A stretch of 52,803 bases of DNA from an uncultured Hyphomicrobiales bacterium (GTDB lineage: Bacteria > Bacteroidota > Ignavibacteria > Kapaibacteriales > UBA2268): the NCBI GenBank assembly GCA_964589125.1, contig CAZPSM010000002.1, positions 1 to 52,803 of the forward strand. The letters are read 5' to 3'. The translations under genes were made by a program, and so were the position numbers. Shown piece by piece: positions 21,217 through 32,967 of this stretch. How positions within the stretch are numbered: position 1 is the stretch's first letter; the number at the start of each line of letters is the position of its first letter. The notes beneath the pieces were generated by a model. That model had not been told where the DNA came from, ran no database searches, and saw only the letters and a program-made list of their open reading frames with translations.

Positions 21217-21843
21217 ATGCAAGTAGATGTATATTCGAAAGAAGGACAAGTTGTAGGCACAATTGATTTGAGCGATGATGTTTTTTGCATCGAGCCAAAT
21301 GAACATGCTATGCATCTTGCTGTTGTGGCATACCTTGCCAACCAACGACAAGGGACTCACAAAACGAAAGTTCGCTCCGAAGTTAGAGGGGGCGGTAAAA
21401 AGCCTTGGCGGCAAAAGGGACGAGGAACCGCTCGCGCCGGTTCAACGCGTTCGCCTCTTTGGGTACACGGCGGCACTATCCACGGACCGCAACCGCGCTC
21501 CTATACTATGAAACTTACAAAGAAACTTAAATCGCTCGCTCGAAAATCTGCTCTTTCTCTTCGGTTGCAAGAAGGAAATATTTTAGTGTTAGAAGATTTT
21601 GCTATTGAAACACCAAAAACCAAAGAGTTTTACCAAGTTTTGAAAAACTTGAATCTCGATGGTGAAAAAACGTTAGTATTATTGCCCGAAAAAGCCGAAA
21701 ATCATTATCTTTCGTCGAGAAATATAGAACGCGTTTCAGTTTATTATGCCGATAAAATCTCGACTTATCATATTTTAAGTCATAAGAAATTGTTGATTTT
21801 CAAAAGTGCAGTTGAACAACTGCAATCAACTTTTAAGAATTAG
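21217..21843 (+). CDS. rplD: 50S ribosomal protein L4
   Basis: RGGGKKPWRQKGRGTARAGS motif. Conserved position in the S10 operon. Confidence 0.95.
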   Translation: MQVDVYSKEGQVVGTIDLSDDVFCIEPNEHAMHLAVVAYLANQRQGTHKTKVRSEVRGGGKKPWRQKGRGTARAGSTRSPLWVHGGTIHGPQPRSYTMKLTKKLKSLARKSALSLRLQEGNILVLEDFAIETPKTKEFYQVLKNLNLDGEKTLVLLPEKAENHYLSSRNIERVSVYYADKISTYHILSHKKLLIFKSAVEQLQSTFKN

Positions 21844-21864
21844 TTTGACAAGGGGGTTTGCACG

Positions 21865-22161
21865 ATGATAGAAATAATCAAAAAACCAGTTATTACCGAA
21901 AAGGCTATGAAGCTTGGTGAACAAAGGCAATATGTTTTCGAAGTCGAACCAAAGGCAAATAAAATTCAAATTAGAAAGGCAATCGAAGAAATGTTCGAAG
22001 TCAATGTGGTTTCGATTCGAACAGCAAGAGTGAAAGGCAAAGTTCGGAGTCGGTTCACACGTCGCGGCCATACGGAAGGGCGAACTCCTTTGCGAAAAAA
22101 AGCCTACGTAACTTTAAAAGAAGGCCAATCGATTGAACTTGTATCGGGTGCCGGAACTTAA
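21865..22161 (+). CDS. rplW: 50S ribosomal protein L23
   Basis: KPVITEKA....YVFEV...ANKIQIRKAIEEMFEV. 98 aa. Confidence 0.95.
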   Translation: MIEIIKKPVITEKAMKLGEQRQYVFEVEPKANKIQIRKAIEEMFEVNVVSIRTARVKGKVRSRFTRRGHTEGRTPLRKKAYVTLKEGQSIELVSGAGT

Positions 22162-22180
22162 TTGAAAGGAGAAATTTAAA

Positions 22181-23017
22181 ATGGGAATCAGAATATTAAA
22201 ACCGATAACACCAGGAACCAGGCATTATTCAGTCGATATGTTCGAAGACATAACGACCGATAAGCCTTTTGCACCCTTGGTTGTGGCTCTTAAAAGTTCG
22301 GGTGGTCGCAACAACACAGGACGAATAACTTCACGGCATCGCGGCGGTGGACATAAGAGACGTTATAGAATAATCGATTTTAAACGCGATAAACGAGAAA
22401 TGTATGCCACAGTCGAGACAATTGAATATGACCCGAATCGTAGTGCTCGAATTGCACTTGTGAAATACGAAGATGGTGAATATCGATACATTCTTGCCCC
22501 CGATGGGTTAAAGGTTGGTGAAAAAATTTATGCAGGAGCAAACGCTGAATACAAAAATGGTAATGCTCTGCCTTTGAAAAATATCCCAATCGGGTTATTT
22601 ATTCACAACATAGAAATGAAGCCGGGAAAAGGTGGGCAACTGGCTCGTTCGGCAGGTGTATTTGCTCAATTGGTTGGATTGGACGAAAAGTATGCGCAAG
22701 TTAAACTACCATCGGGCGAAATTCGCCACGTTCTAAATTCTTGCTATGCCACCATTGGAAAGGTGAGTAATCCAGACCACGAGAATATCTTACTTGGTAA
22801 AGCAGGACGCTCTCGCTGGTTAGGGATTCGTCCGCAAACACGAGGTATGGCAATGAACCCGATTGACCATCCTAATGGTGGGGGCGAAGGGCGTTCTAAA
22901 TCCGGGGGTGGACGCCAACATCCTCGTTCACCATGGGGACAACTTGCTAAAGGTTTGAAAACAAGGAAACGCAATAAACTTTCGAATAAATACATTATTA
23001 GAAGAAGAAAAAGTTAA
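22181..23017 (+). CDS. rplB: 50S ribosomal protein L2
   Basis: [19 protein letters not shown] and [14 protein letters not shown] motifs. Confidence 0.97.
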   Translation: MGIRILKPITPGTRHYSVDMFEDITTDKPFAPLVVALKSSGGRNNTGRITSRHRGGGHKRRYRIIDFKRDKREMYATVETIEYDPNRSARIALVKYEDGEYRYILAPDGLKVGEKIYAGANAEYKNGNALPLKNIPIGLFIHNIEMKPGKGGQLARSAGVFAQLVGLDEKYAQVKLPSGEIRHVLNSCYATIGKVSNPDHENILLGKAGRSRWLGIRPQTRGMAMNPIDHPNGGGEGRSKSGGGRQHPRSPWGQLAKGLKTRKRNKLSNKYIIRRRKS

Positions 23018-23036
23018 TAATGAGGTAGCATAAACT

Positions 23037-23330
23037 ATGTCGAGGTCATTAAAAAAAGGTGCTTATGTGTATTACAAGCTTCTGAAGAAAGTCGAGGCAT
23101 TGAACGAAAGTCGCAAGAAGCAAGTAATCAAAACTTGGTCGCGTGCCTCTATGATTATACCGGAGTTTGTTGGGCACACTTTTGCAGTTCACAATGGGAA
23201 TAAGTTTATCCCTGTTTATATAACGGAAAATATGGTAGGCCATAGATTAGGTGAATTTTCTCCGACGCGAACCTATCGAGGTCATGCGGGCCATCGTAAA
23301 GAACAAAAAGCTGTTGCAAAGAAGAAATAG
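23037..23330 (+). CDS. rpsS: 30S ribosomal protein S19
   Basis: MSRSLKKG..., [27 protein letters not shown]. Confidence 0.96.
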   Translation: MSRSLKKGAYVYYKLLKKVEALNESRKKQVIKTWSRASMIIPEFVGHTFAVHNGNKFIPVYITENMVGHRLGEFSPTRTYRGHAGHRKEQKAVAKKK

Positions 23331-23341
23331 GAGAATTTGAT

Positions 23342-23755
23342 ATGGAAGCACTTGCAATTAAAAGATTTATAAGAACATCGCCAAGGAAAATTCGGTTGGT
23401 AGTAGATTTGATCCGAGGTAAACGTGTACCCGAAGCATTCAGTATATTGAAGTTTTCGACCAAGGGAGCTGCTAAAGATGTTGAATATGTGCTTCGCTCC
23501 GCAATTTCAAACCTTGAGAATAAAAAGGAACGTGGGCGCATAGAACCCGAAGATGTTGTTGTCAAACGCGCATTTGTTGACCAGAGTGTTACCTTGAAAA
23601 GGATATTGCCTGCGCCAATGGGTCGCGCATATCGCGTACGTAAAAGAATGGCTCACATTACAATTGTAGTCGAAGAAGTTCCTTCGAAGAAGAAAGAAGT
23701 TGTCAAGCAAATTAAGAAAACTAAGAAAGGAGAAGAAGTTGGGACAGAAAACTAA
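23342..23755 (+). CDS. rplV: 50S ribosomal protein L22 (with about 27-aa K/E-rich C-terminal tail)
   Basis: [17 protein letters not shown] and [21 protein letters not shown]. The tail overlaps the rpsC start by 17 nt. Confidence 0.95.
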   Translation: MEALAIKRFIRTSPRKIRLVVDLIRGKRVPEAFSILKFSTKGAAKDVEYVLRSAISNLENKKERGRIEPEDVVVKRAFVDQSVTLKRILPAPMGRAYRVRKRMAHITIVVEEVPSKKKEVVKQIKKTKKGEEVGTEN

Positions 23756-24380
23756 TCCAATCGGTTTGCGTTTAGGTATTATTCGGGGTTGGGATGCCAA
23801 CTGGTTCGAAGAAGACGCTTTTGCTGAAAAGTTAAGCGAAGACTTGCAAGTTCGAACCTATATTAAGAATCGTTTGAAGAAATCGGGGGTCTCGCGAATA
23901 GTAATTGAGCGAACGGCTAAACTTCTCCGACTAACGATTCATTCATCGCGTCCCGGAATGATTATAGGACGCTCTGGTCAGGAAATTACAAAAATAGAAG
24001 AGGAAATTCGTAGGCTTACAAATAAAGAAGTTAAAATATTGATTAGTGAAATCAAGAAACCCGAACTCGATGCTCTACTTGTTGCCGAAAATATTGCATT
24101 GCAAATCGAAGGTAGAGTATCGTTCCGCAGGGCTATGAAACAGGCTGTTGCCAACGCTATGCGGATGGGGGCAGTTGGTATTAAAGTGATGTGTTCGGGT
24201 CGTCTTGCTGGTGCCGAAATGGCTCGTTCCGAACAGTATAAAGATGGGCGTATTCCGTTGCATACATTAAGAGCCGATATTGACTACGGTTATGCAGTTG
24301 CTCAAACAATTTACGGTAGTATAGGAATAAAAGTTTGGATTTGCCGAGGCGAAATCTTTGGTAAACCACAATTAGGTTAA
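23739..24380 (+). CDS. rpsC: 30S ribosomal protein S3
   Basis: TTG 23739 after AAGGAGAAG gives (M)[13 protein letters not shown], the conserved S3 N-terminus. A KH domain is present. The track ORF starts upstream, inside rplV. Confidence 0.93.
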   Translation: MGQKTNPIGLRLGIIRGWDANWFEEDAFAEKLSEDLQVRTYIKNRLKKSGVSRIVIERTAKLLRLTIHSSRPGMIIGRSGQEITKIEEEIRRLTNKEVKILISEIKKPELDALLVAENIALQIEGRVSFRRAMKQAVANAMRMGAVGIKVMCSGRLAGAEMARSEQYKDGRIPLHTLRADIDYGYAVAQTIYGSIGIKVWICRGEIFGKPQLG

Positions 24381-24402
24381 TAATTTATAAGGAATAGGAA
24401 AT

Positions 24403-24822
24403 ATGTTATTGCCAAAAAGAGTAAAGCATCGTAAAACACAGCGGGGTCGGGTCCGGGGAAAAGCAAACCGAGGCACAACCGTTGCATTCGGAAGTTTTGG
24501 GCTGAAGGCACTCGAAGGTGCTTGGATTACTAATCGTCAAATCGAAGCCGCCCGAGTTGCAATAAATCGATACTTGAAACGTGAAGGTAAACTCTGGATT
24601 CGAATTTTCCCCGATAAGCCGGTGAGCAAAAAACCATTGGAAACAAGAATGGGTAGCGGGAAAGGTGCCCCGGAATTTTGGGTTGCGGTCGTTAAACGTG
24701 GGAAAATTCTTTTCGAAGTTGGAGGAGTATCAAAAGAATTAGCAGAAGAGGCGCTTCGGCTTGCCTCTCATAAATTACCTATAAAAACTAAATTTGTGCA
24801 ACGAGTGGATATCGAGGAATGA
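24403..24822 (+). CDS. rplP: 50S ribosomal protein L16
   Basis: [13 protein letters not shown]; [19 protein letters not shown]. Confidence 0.97.
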   Translation: MLLPKRVKHRKTQRGRVRGKANRGTTVAFGSFGLKALEGAWITNRQIEAARVAINRYLKREGKLWIRIFPDKPVSKKPLETRMGSGKGAPEFWVAVVKRGKILFEVGGVSKELAEEALRLASHKLPIKTKFVQRVDIEE

Positions 24823-25022
24823 AACCAAGAAAACCCAAAGACCTTCGGGAACTTACCAACGAAGAATTGAACCATATTCTTAATGAATCGGTCGAAACAC
24901 TTGCACGGCTGCGTTTCCAAAAATCTTTAAGTCAGTTACAAGATATTTCTTCAATTAGAATCTTGCGCAAGGATATTGCAAGAATTAAAACAATTATTAG
25001 TGAACGCCAAAAGACAAAATAA
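24819..25022 (+). CDS. rpmC: 50S ribosomal protein L29
   Basis: 67 aa with ATGA overlap with rpl[10 protein letters not shown]......L..LRFQ pattern. Confidence 0.93.
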   Translation: MKPRKPKDLRELTNEELNHILNESVETLARLRFQKSLSQLQDISSIRILRKDIARIKTIISERQKTK

Positions 25023-25023
25023 T

Positions 25024-25386
25024 ATGGAAAAGGAATTGGAAATAACAAATCAGGACAACGAAGGTAAAGAACCTGAAAGCCAAGTGGTAGAGAACCCTGT
25101 AATCAATGCTCAAAAAGAAAGTGGGCAAGTTACGAAAACTGGGCACAGAAGAATACTCGAAGGTAGAGTCGTTTCGAACAAAGCCAACAAAACGATTGTT
25201 GTAAAGATTGAACGATACGTTCAACATCCTTTGTATAAAAAGTATTATAAAAGGTCGAAAAAAATTATGGCACACGACGAGGCTAACGAGTGCAATATTG
25301 GGGATGTTGTGCGTGTGATGGAATACCGTCCTTTGAGCCGACGAAAGCGGTGGATTTTAAAAGAAATAGTAGAACGAGCAAAATAA
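25024..25386 (+). CDS. rpsQ: 30S ribosomal protein S17 with about 38-aa acidic N-terminal extension
   Basis: ATG 25024 lies directly after the rpmC stop. Core reads [30 protein letters not shown]. Confidence 0.9.
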   Translation: MEKELEITNQDNEGKEPESQVVENPVINAQKESGQVTKTGHRRILEGRVVSNKANKTIVVKIERYVQHPLYKKYYKRSKKIMAHDEANECNIGDVVRVMEYRPLSRRKRWILKEIVERAK

Positions 25387-25397
25387 GGAGGGAAGTG

Positions 25398-25766
25398 ATG
25401 ATACAAGAAGAAACAAATTTAGTTGTAGCCGACAATTCTGGAGCAAAACGCGTTCGATGTATTCGTGTCCTTGGAGGTCACAAAAAGCGATATGCTACGC
25501 TTGGGGACATCGTGGTCGTCTCTGTTAAGTCTGCTATTCCAAATTCAGCCGTAAAGAAAGGTGAGGTTTGTCGTGCTGTTATTGTTCGCACTAAAAAAGA
25601 AGTTAAACGTAAGGATGGCTCTTTTATACGTTTCGACGATAATGCAGTAGTTATTTTGAATAATCAAGGTGAACCTCGAGGCACTCGTGTATTGGGTCCT
25701 GTTGCTCGGGAATTGCGAGAAAAGAATTTTATGAAAATTATATCACAGACCGAAGAAGTATTGTAA
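25398..25766 (+). CDS. rplN: 50S ribosomal protein L14
   Basis: ATG 25398 after TAAGGAGGGAAG gives [17 protein letters not shown]. 122 aa. Confidence 0.96.
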   Translation: MIQEETNLVVADNSGAKRVRCIRVLGGHKKRYATLGDIVVVSVKSAIPNSAVKKGEVCRAVIVRTKKEVKRKDGSFIRFDDNAVVILNNQGEPRGTRVLGPVARELREKNFMKIISQTEEVL

Positions 25767-25776
25767 GGGGTGGAAA

Positions 25777-26097
25777 ATGAAACTGAAATTAAAGAAAGGG
25801 GATATTGTTCAGGTTATAGCTGGAAACGACAAAGGAGCTGTCGGAAGAATATTAGAAGTTTACCCCGATAAAATGAAGGTTCTTGTCGAGGGTGTAAATG
25901 TTCGCAAGAAACATACGCGTCCGACCCAGCAAAATCCAAAAGGTGGGATTGTTAGCAAGGAGATGCCAATTCACTATTCCAATGTGCTGATTCTTGATTC
26001 CGACAAGAATCCAACGCGGATAGGTATTAGGATTGAAGAAAAGGATGGTAAACGAGTTTCTATCCGCTATTCGAAAAAGAACGGTAAAGATTTGTAA
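25777..26097 (+). CDS. rplX: 50S ribosomal protein L24
   Basis: KOW motif [25 protein letters not shown]. Confidence 0.95.
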   Translation: MKLKLKKGDIVQVIAGNDKGAVGRILEVYPDKMKVLVEGVNVRKKHTRPTQQNPKGGIVSKEMPIHYSNVLILDSDKNPTRIGIRIEEKDGKRVSIRYSKKNGKDL

Positions 26098-26117
26098 GAG
26101 AAAGGTGTAGATAGATT

Positions 26118-26777
26118 ATGGCAACAGCAACAAATAAAAAGGTGATACCCCCGGCAGCGGGTGGCTCGAAAAAAGTGGAATTTAAACCTGAAGGTAAACG
26201 GCTCGAAGACGTTAAGGATAAGGAGATTCCGAAACCAAGGCTGTATGAGTATTATAAGACGACTATTGTTCCTAACTTGGTTAAAAAGTTTGGTTATAGG
26301 TCCCCAATGGAAGTTCCGCGCCTTGAAAAAATTGTTTTGAATATGGGTGTTGGTGGAGCCACACAAGACCCGAGATTACTTTTAAATGCAATCAACGAAT
26401 TGGAACTTATTGCTGGACAGCGTCCGGCTATTTCGAAATCTAAAAAATCGATTTCTAATTTTAAATTGCGTAATGGAGTTCCTATCGGTTGTTTTGTAAC
26501 TTTACGTCGAGCAAGGATGTATGAATTTCTGGATAGATTTATCAACATTGCTGCTCCGCGTATTCGCGACTTTCGAGGCTTTTCCGATAAAAGCTTCGAT
26601 GGGCACGGAAACTACTCGGTTGGAATCAAGGAGCAAATTATTTTCCCGGAGATAGACGTCGATAAAGTCTCGAGGATTAGTGGTTTAGATATAACTTTTG
26701 TAGTGCGTTCCAAATCCGATGAGGAATCGTATGCGCTACTTTCGGAATTTGGTTTTCCATTTCAAAGAAAGGATTGA
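26118..26777 (+). CDS. rplE: 50S ribosomal protein L5 with about 38-aa N-terminal extension
   Basis: The L5 core starts at [31 protein letters not shown] and [16 protein letters not shown] are present. There is no in-frame ATG closer to the core. Confidence 0.93.
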   Translation: MATATNKKVIPPAAGGSKKVEFKPEGKRLEDVKDKEIPKPRLYEYYKTTIVPNLVKKFGYRSPMEVPRLEKIVLNMGVGGATQDPRLLLNAINELELIAGQRPAISKSKKSISNFKLRNGVPIGCFVTLRRARMYEFLDRFINIAAPRIRDFRGFSDKSFDGHGNYSVGIKEQIIFPEIDVDKVSRISGLDITFVVRSKSDEESYALLSEFGFPFQRKD

Positions 26778-26779
26778 TT

Positions 26780-27049
26780 ATGTCAACGAAAGCTGTTGTT
26801 GCAAGAAATTTGAAAAGAATTAAACTAAGTAAAAAATATCAAACGCAGCGACAAGAGTTAAAAGAAGCGGGCGATTGGTTAAATTTGCAAAAGTTGCCGA
26901 AAAATAGTTCTCCGGTGCGAGTTCGCAATCGCTGTTCGGTAACCGGGCGAGGTCGCGGAGTATATCGGAAATTTATGCTTTGCCGTAATGTATTTCGACA
27001 GATGTCGCTCGAAGGAAAAATACCAGGAATTAGGAAAGCAAGTTGGTAA
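26780..27049 (+). CDS. rpsN: 30S ribosomal protein S14 (long form)
   Basis: ATG 26780. 89 aa ending ..[23 protein letters not shown]. Confidence 0.92.
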   Translation: MSTKAVVARNLKRIKLSKKYQTQRQELKEAGDWLNLQKLPKNSSPVRVRNRCSVTGRGRGVYRKFMLCRNVFRQMSLEGKIPGIRKASW

Positions 27050-27075
27050 TTAGTAACAAAGTGATAGATTATAGT

Positions 27076-27471
27076 ATGCCAGTAACAGATGCAATATCAG
27101 ATTTTCTTACCCGACTTCGGAACGGTGGGGCTGCGCACCACAAAACAGTCGATGTTCCTTTTTCGAAGATGAAATGGGCTATTTGCGAGATTTTGAAGGA
27201 CCAAGGCTATATCGAAGATTTCGAGAAAATCGAAGAAAATGTGCAAGGAACAATTCGTGTTAGGTTACGTTATTATAACCGCCAGCCAGCCATTCGAGAG
27301 GTAAAGCGAATTAGTTCACCCGGGCGCAGGGTTTATGTTGGGATAAACGAATTACCTCGCGTTAAGAATGGACTTGGAATTGCTGTTATTTCTACCTCGC
27401 GTGGTTTGATGACCGATAAAATGGCTCGGAAATTGAATATTGGTGGTGAACTTCTTTTTACAGTTTGGTAA
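27076..27471 (+). CDS. rpsH: 30S ribosomal protein S8
   Basis: ATG 27076 gives MPVTDAISDFLTRLRNG. Ends GGELLFTVW. Confidence 0.95.
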   Translation: MPVTDAISDFLTRLRNGGAAHHKTVDVPFSKMKWAICEILKDQGYIEDFEKIEENVQGTIRVRLRYYNRQPAIREVKRISSPGRRVYVGINELPRVKNGLGIAVISTSRGLMTDKMARKLNIGGELLFTVW

Positions 27472-27489
27472 AATTTTTGGAGCTTTGCT

Positions 27490-28029
27490 ATGTCCAGAAT
27501 TGGAAAAAAACCGATAGTGATACCCAGTAACGTTAAGGTTAACTTCGAAGATAATAAAGTTGTTGTAACCGGTCCGAAAGGCTCTTTATCTTTCCATCTT
27601 CCTAAATCAATTAGTTATAAAGTGGATGGTAATCAGTTAACATTTTTTAGGGAAAGCGACAACAAGGAAGTCCGTGCCGCACATGGACTTTCGCGTGCAA
27701 TTGTGAACAATATGATTGTTGGAGTAACCGAAGGTTTCACAAAAACGCTTCAAATCGAAGGCGTCGGGTATAAAGCCGAGATGAAGAATCAAAATCTTAT
27801 GCTTTCATTAGGATATTCCCATCAGATTTTGTTTATTCCCCCGGAAGGTATTAAATTCGAGACCCCAAGTGCAACAATGATAAATGTAATTGGGATAGAT
27901 AAACAGGCTGTCGGCGAAGTCGCTGCTAAAATTCGAAAACTTCGTCCGCCCGAGCCATACAAAGGTAAAGGTATTCGATATAAAGATGAATTCATTCGAC
28001 GAAAAGCAGGAAAGAGTGCAGCCAAATAG
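27490..28029 (+). CDS. rplF: 50S ribosomal protein L6
   Basis: MSRIGKKPIVIPSNVKV...; PEPYKGKGIRYKDE. Confidence 0.96.
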   Translation: MSRIGKKPIVIPSNVKVNFEDNKVVVTGPKGSLSFHLPKSISYKVDGNQLTFFRESDNKEVRAAHGLSRAIVNNMIVGVTEGFTKTLQIEGVGYKAEMKNQNLMLSLGYSHQILFIPPEGIKFETPSATMINVIGIDKQAVGEVAAKIRKLRPPEPYKGKGIRYKDEFIRRKAGKSAAK

Positions 28030-28059
28030 AAATAGGTTTAACAATTATAACAAACTACA

Positions 28060-28431
28060 ATGGAAAGATTAGAATTAAAGAAAGTTCGTAGGCAAAGAAG
28101 AAAATACAGAATCCGAAAGAAAATCGTTGGCACAAACGATGTTCCAAGGTTAAGCGTCTATCGAAGCTTAAAGCATATTTATGCCCAAATCATAGATGAT
28201 GAACGTGGTAATACACTTGTGGCTTGTTCTACTATGGATAAAGAAGTTAGCGAGGCTATCAAAGATAGAATTCGGAAAGTCGAACAAGCAAAATTAGTTG
28301 GTAAAATTTTAGCAAAACGTGCCCTCGAAAAAGGGATTAAACGAATTGCGTTCGACCGTAATGGCTTCCTTTACCACGGACGTATTCGGGCACTTGCCGA
28401 TTCTGCTCGCGAAAATGGATTAGTTTTTTGA
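28060..28431 (+). CDS. rplR: 50S ribosomal protein L18
   Basis: [19 protein letters not shown]; [24 protein letters not shown]. Confidence 0.95.
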   Translation: MERLELKKVRRQRRKYRIRKKIVGTNDVPRLSVYRSLKHIYAQIIDDERGNTLVACSTMDKEVSEAIKDRIRKVEQAKLVGKILAKRALEKGIKRIAFDRNGFLYHGRIRALADSARENGLVF

Positions 28432-28453
28432 GAAAATGTTAAGGTAAAAATAT

Positions 28454-28957
28454 ATGGGAAAAATTAAAGCATCCGAACTTGAACTTAAAGAAAAACTTGT
28501 TTATGTTGGGCGGACAGCAAAGGTTGTCAAAGGTGGGCGCCGCTTTGGTTTTACTGCGATTGTAGTAGTTGGGGATTACGCCGGGCACGTCGGAGTAGGG
28601 CTGGGTAAAGCCGCAGAAGTAGTCGATGCTGTAACGAAAGCAACAGAATCAGCAAAAAAAGCCATAGTTAAAGTAAACCTTTCGGAAAATACTGTCCCAC
28701 ACGAAGTTTTTAGCAAGTATGGTGCCTCGAAGGTTCTTATTAGACCTGCTTCGCCGGGAACGGGGGTTATTGCCGCCGGAGGTGTTCGGGCAGTTCTTGA
28801 ATTGGCAGGGGTCAAAGACGTATTGACTAAAAGTTTGGGCTCTTCGAACCCGCATAACACGGTCAAGGCTGCGCTCGAAGCATTGCTTTCGATGGAAGAC
28901 ATTGGGACAGTTGCTGCCCGACGTGGCATTCCTACACAAAAGGTTCTTTTTGGTTGA
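28454..28957 (+). CDS. rpsE: 30S ribosomal protein S5
   Basis: [22 protein letters not shown]; [19 protein letters not shown]-type motif. Confidence 0.96.
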   Translation: MGKIKASELELKEKLVYVGRTAKVVKGGRRFGFTAIVVVGDYAGHVGVGLGKAAEVVDAVTKATESAKKAIVKVNLSENTVPHEVFSKYGASKVLIRPASPGTGVIAAGGVRAVLELAGVKDVLTKSLGSSNPHNTVKAALEALLSMEDIGTVAARRGIPTQKVLFG

Positions 28958-28973
28958 CAATGGAGATTTCGCA

Positions 28974-29165
28974 ATGAAGAAACTTAAAGTTACACAGATT
29001 AAAAGCATAATAAAAACGAACAAGAAACAGAAAAGGACAATAGAGGCTCTTGGTTTGGGTCGCCCGAATTATTCAAATATTTTGCCCGACAATCCCCAAA
29101 CCTGGGGAATGTTGAAAGTTGTAAAGCATTTAGTTAAAGTTGAAGAAATTAATGTTAGTGAATAG
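28974..29165 (+). CDS. rpmD: 50S ribosomal protein L30
   Basis: ATG 28974 gives [30 protein letters not shown]. 63 aa. The track ORF starts upstream, inside rpsE. Confidence 0.9.
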   Translation: MKKLKVTQIKSIIKTNKKQKRTIEALGLGRPNYSNILPDNPQTWGMLKVVKHLVKVEEINVSE

Positions 29166-29173
29166 GGGTCGAA

Positions 29174-29635
29174 ATGAAACACATCGGTAATTTATATCCA
29201 GCAGAAGGTTCAACCGGGAAAAAGAAAAGGGTAGGGCGTGGGCCCGGCTCGGGGCACGGCGGGACTTCAACACGAGGCCATAAAGGTGCACAATCCCGTA
29301 GTGGATACCGCCGCAAACTTGCATTCGAAGGTGGGCAAATGCCTCTTGTTCGTCGCGTCCCTAAATTTGGTTTTAATAACCGTAATCGAATTGAATATCA
29401 AGTTGTCAATGTTTCTGATATTCAAAGACTAATAGAGGAAAAAAGGATTGATGTAAACGAGATAGACAAAGATGTGCTTTTTAATGTCGGATTAATTGGG
29501 AAAAAGAATCAACCAATCAAAATTTTGGGGGATGGTGAAATCAAAGTTCCCGTTGTTGTTAAAGCACATAAATTTTCGAAATCGGCGATACAGAAAATCG
29601 AGTCAGTTGGAGGCAAGGTAGCAATTTATGAGTAA
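29174..29635 (+). CDS. rplO: 50S ribosomal protein L15
   Basis: [29 protein letters not shown] motif. Confidence 0.95.
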   Translation: MKHIGNLYPAEGSTGKKKRVGRGPGSGHGGTSTRGHKGAQSRSGYRRKLAFEGGQMPLVRRVPKFGFNNRNRIEYQVVNVSDIQRLIEEKRIDVNEIDKDVLFNVGLIGKKNQPIKILGDGEIKVPVVVKAHKFSKSAIQKIESVGGKVAIYE

Positions 29636-30974
29636 AGTTGTTCAAACGTTCCAAAATATTTGGAAAATCGAGGAGCTTAGGCAGCGCCTGCTGTTTACTC
29701 TATTTGCAATTATTGTTGCAAGAATAGGTGCTCATATTACTTTGCCCGGGGTCGATATTCATCTGCTGAGTGCATTTAACAAAGGAGCAGCAAACGACCT
29801 TTTTGGTTTGTTCGACTTTTTTGTTGGTGGCGCCTTTTCCAACGCTGCTATTTTTGCTCTGGGGGTAATGCCATACATTACAGCCTCGATTATTATGCAA
29901 CTTGCTGGAATTGTTATTCCGGAAATTCAGAAAATGCAAAAGGAAGGTGAAGAAGGCAGAAGGAAAATCAACCAATACACAAGAATACTAACTGTTCCAA
30001 TTTCTGCTTTCCAAAGTTGGGGGATGAGTGTGCGGTTGGTTAATATGGAAGCAAATGGATTGCCGGTGGTACCCCATTCCGGCTTTTTCTTTGTTATAAC
30101 AACAGTGATTCTGCTTACTGCTGGAACTATGTTTCTTATGTGGCTTGGCGAAAAAATCACTGAACGAGGCATCGGAAATGGAATTTCACTTTTAATCTTT
30201 ATTGGAATTGTTGCTCGATTGCCAGCCGCTCTATACCAAGAGTTTAGTCAGATAACCCAGTTGGGCGAACGCCCTTGGCCAGTTGAAGTTATCATATTGA
30301 CATTTTGGGTTGCAATAATTGCCTCTATTGTTTTCATTTCGCAAGGTGCAAGAAGAATCCCCGTTCAATATGCGAAACGCCAGGTAGGGCGGAAAATAAT
30401 GGGGGGACAAACCCAATATATTCCTCTGCGCGTGATAACCGCTGGGGTGATGCCAATTATTTTTGCTCAATCTATAATCTTTATTCCTCAAACCTTCTTG
30501 AATTTCTTTCCGACAAGTGGATGGCTTTATTCTCTTGTTGTTGCATTTAGCGAACGTTCGTTTATCTATGCTATTATTTATGCAACATTAGTTATCTTGT
30601 TTACGTACTTCTATACTGCGGTAATATTTAATCCACGCGATATAGCCGATAATATGAAAAAACAAGGTGGCTTTATACCCGGTATTCGACCCGGACAGCA
30701 AACTTCGGAGTACATTGATAATGTATTAACAAAAATTACTCTACCCGGTTCCCTTTTCCTCGCTTTAATTGCTGTGATGCCAACGTTCGCAATGAATGTC
30801 CTTGGTGTTACTACTTCGTTTGCTTCATTTTTTGGTGGCACATCAATATTGATTGTGGTTGGTGTTGCTCTCGACACACTTCAACAAATTGAATCTTTCT
30901 TGCTGATGCGCCATTACGATGGATTTATGAAGAGTGGTAGAATACGAGGTCGTGCAGGAGTCGGAGGAATATAA
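29628..30974 (+). CDS. secY: preprotein translocase subunit SecY
   Basis: 448 aa and multi-[19 protein letters not shown] and [13 protein letters not shown] motifs. Overlaps the end of rplO by 8 nt. Confidence 0.97.
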   Translation: MSKVVQTFQNIWKIEELRQRLLFTLFAIIVARIGAHITLPGVDIHLLSAFNKGAANDLFGLFDFFVGGAFSNAAIFALGVMPYITASIIMQLAGIVIPEIQKMQKEGEEGRRKINQYTRILTVPISAFQSWGMSVRLVNMEANGLPVVPHSGFFFVITTVILLTAGTMFLMWLGEKITERGIGNGISLLIFIGIVARLPAALYQEFSQITQLGERPWPVEVIILTFWVAIIASIVFISQGARRIPVQYAKRQVGRKIMGGQTQYIPLRVITAGVMPIIFAQSIIFIPQTFLNFFPTSGWLYSLVVAFSERSFIYAIIYATLVILFTYFYTAVIFNPRDIADNMKKQGGFIPGIRPGQQTSEYIDNVLTKITLPGSLFLALIAVMPTFAMNVLGVTTSFASFFGGTSILIVVGVALDTLQQIESFLLMRHYDGFMKSGRIRGRAGVGGI

Positions 30975-30977
30975 GCG

Positions 30978-31790
30978 ATGAGAAAACAGGCTCAAAATAT
31001 GAAGATTAATTGGACTCCTTACGCAAAGAAAGAGGAGGAATTGCGATTAATCGAACGAGCCTGTCGAGTTGTTGCCGATGTCCTTGCTTTACTCGAAAAA
31101 TACATAAAACCGGGCACTACAACACTTGAATTAGACAAAATAGCAGAAGATTTTATCCTTTCACAAGGCGCTACCCCGGCATTCAAAGGATATGTTGTCG
31201 ATGGTAAAGCATACCCTTCAACACTTTGTGTATCTATTGACGAAGAGGTCGTTCACGGGATTCCAAGTTCGAGGGCACTTCGTGAAGGGGAAATCGTTTC
31301 TATCGATTGTGGTGCGAAAAAAGATGGCTACTACGGCGATAGTGCTGTAACTTATCCAGTTGGGGCAATTAGCCCCGAAAAGGAAAAGTTGCTTCAAGTT
31401 ACGAAAGAAGCACTCGAAAAAGGTATCGAAATGGCAGTCGAAGGAAACAATGTCTATTCGATTTCGCGTGCTATTCAAACCCACGTGGAATCTAATGGCT
31501 TTAGTGTTACACGCGAGTTGGTAGGGCATGGAATTGGAAAGCGATTGCACGAAGAACCCCCGATTCCCAATTTTGTTCCTCCACTTTTGGCAAGGAAACA
31601 ATATCCCAATGTTAAACTCGTCTCCCGAATGACTTTGGCAATTGAGCCAATGGTACATTTAGGAGATTACAAAGTTATTACGAAAAGCGATGGTTGGACG
31701 ATTTGCACAGCCGATGGTTCTCCGGCTGCGCATTTCGAACATACCATTATTGTAACTAAAGATAAGCCAATAATTTTAACGTATAGATAG
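30978..31790 (+). CDS. map: type I methionine aminopeptidase
   Basis: Metal ligands in SIDCGAKKDGYYGDSA, GHGIG, LAIEPM and AHFEHT. Confidence 0.95.
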   Translation: MRKQAQNMKINWTPYAKKEEELRLIERACRVVADVLALLEKYIKPGTTTLELDKIAEDFILSQGATPAFKGYVVDGKAYPSTLCVSIDEEVVHGIPSSRALREGEIVSIDCGAKKDGYYGDSAVTYPVGAISPEKEKLLQVTKEALEKGIEMAVEGNNVYSISRAIQTHVESNGFSVTRELVGHGIGKRLHEEPPIPNFVPPLLARKQYPNVKLVSRMTLAIEPMVHLGDYKVITKSDGWTICTADGSPAAHFEHTIIVTKDKPIILTYR

Positions 31791-31796
31791 GAACGT

Positions 31797-32015
31797 ATGC
31801 CGAAACAAGGGATGATACAGATGGACGGAACAATTGAGGAAGCACTTCCCAATACTCAGTTCATTGTTCGATTAGAAAATGGACACAAGGTTTTGGCACA
31901 CGTGGCTGGAAAAATGCGGATGCATTATATCAAGATTCTACAAGGGGACAAAGTTCGGGTTGAAATGTCTCCTTATGATTTAACAAAGGGAAGAATTATT
32001 TATAGGTATAAATAA
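31797..32015 (+). CDS. infA: translation initiation factor IF-1
   Basis: 72 aa S1-fold. [43 protein letters not shown]. Confidence 0.96.
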   Translation: MPKQGMIQMDGTIEEALPNTQFIVRLENGHKVLAHVAGKMRMHYIKILQGDKVRVEMSPYDLTKGRIIYRYK

Positions 32016-32031
32016 AATTTAGGGTAATGTT

Positions 32032-32148
32032 ATGAAAGTTAGAGCTTCAGTTAAAAAGCGTTCCCCGGAAGATAAGATAGTGCGTCGGAAGGGTAGGGTC
32101 TATATTATTAATAAAAAGAACCCAAGATTTAAGCAACGTCAAGGTTAA
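32032..32148 (+). CDS. rpmJ: 50S ribosomal protein L36
   Basis: Read by hand; it is below the ORF-track length cutoff. [38 protein letters not shown], 38 aa, between infA and rpsM. This is the form without the Cys/His Zn-ribbon residues. Confidence 0.9.
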   Translation: MKVRASVKKRSPEDKIVRRKGRVYIINKKNPRFKQRQG

Positions 32149-32162
32149 GCTAAGGAGGTAAA

Positions 32163-32543
32163 GTGGCACGAATTGCAGGAATTGATTTACCAAAAAATAA
32201 AAGAGGCTTTGTAGGATTAACCTATATTTACGGTGTTGGAAGAACTACTGCCAAAGAGATTCTTTCCAAAGCGAACGTCGATGAATTCAAAAAAGTGGGG
32301 GAATGGAGCGATGAAGAAATCGCTCGAATACGCCAAGCTATCCAAGATTATAAAGTCGAAGGCCAACTACGTGGCGAAGTCCAAATGAATATTAAACGAT
32401 TGATGGATATTGGCTGTTATCGTGGTATTAGGCATCGACGTGGTCTTCCAGTGCGTGGACAAAGAACTCGTACGAACGCCCGGAGTCGAAAGGGTCGAAG
32501 AAAAACGATTGCTGGAAAGAAGAAAGCTACTGGCAAGAAGTAA
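32163..32543 (+). CDS. rpsM: 30S ribosomal protein S13
   Basis: GTG start after [22 protein letters not shown]; [18 protein letters not shown]. Confidence 0.96.
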   Translation: MARIAGIDLPKNKRGFVGLTYIYGVGRTTAKEILSKANVDEFKKVGEWSDEEIARIRQAIQDYKVEGQLRGEVQMNIKRLMDIGCYRGIRHRRGLPVRGQRTRTNARSRKGRRKTIAGKKKATGKK

Positions 32544-32580
32544 TTTTTTTTCAATTTTGTTAATTAATTTATATTGAAGT

Positions 32581-32967
32581 ATGGCAGCACCAAAAAGAAG
32601 AACGAAAAAGAAAACGGTAACCGAAATTCACGGTAAGGCTTATATCCTTGCTTCTTTCAATAATGTGATTGTAACAATAACGGATATGTATGGCAATGCA
32701 TTGTGTTGGTCCTCTGCTGGAAGAAATGGTTTCCGTGGTTCAAAGAAAAGCACACCATACGTTGCTCAAATAGCTGCGGAGCGAGCAGGCAAAGAAGCAT
32801 ACGATATGGGTTTAAGAAAAGTCGACGTGGTTGTAAAAGGGCCCGGAAGTGGCCGCGAAGCAGCGATTCGTGCACTTGCACAAGCCGGATTGGAAATCCA
32901 TAGTATTATCGATAAAACTCCAATCCCGCATAATGGCTGCCGTCCACCAAAGCGTCGAAGAGTTTAG
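32581..32967 (+). CDS. rpsK: 30S ribosomal protein S11
   Basis: [14 protein letters not shown]; [14 protein letters not shown]; [13 protein letters not shown]. Confidence 0.96.
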   Translation: MAAPKRRTKKKTVTEIHGKAYILASFNNVIVTITDMYGNALCWSSAGRNGFRGSKKSTPYVAQIAAERAGKEAYDMGLRKVDVVVKGPGSGREAAIRALAQAGLEIHSIIDKTPIPHNGCRPPKRRRV

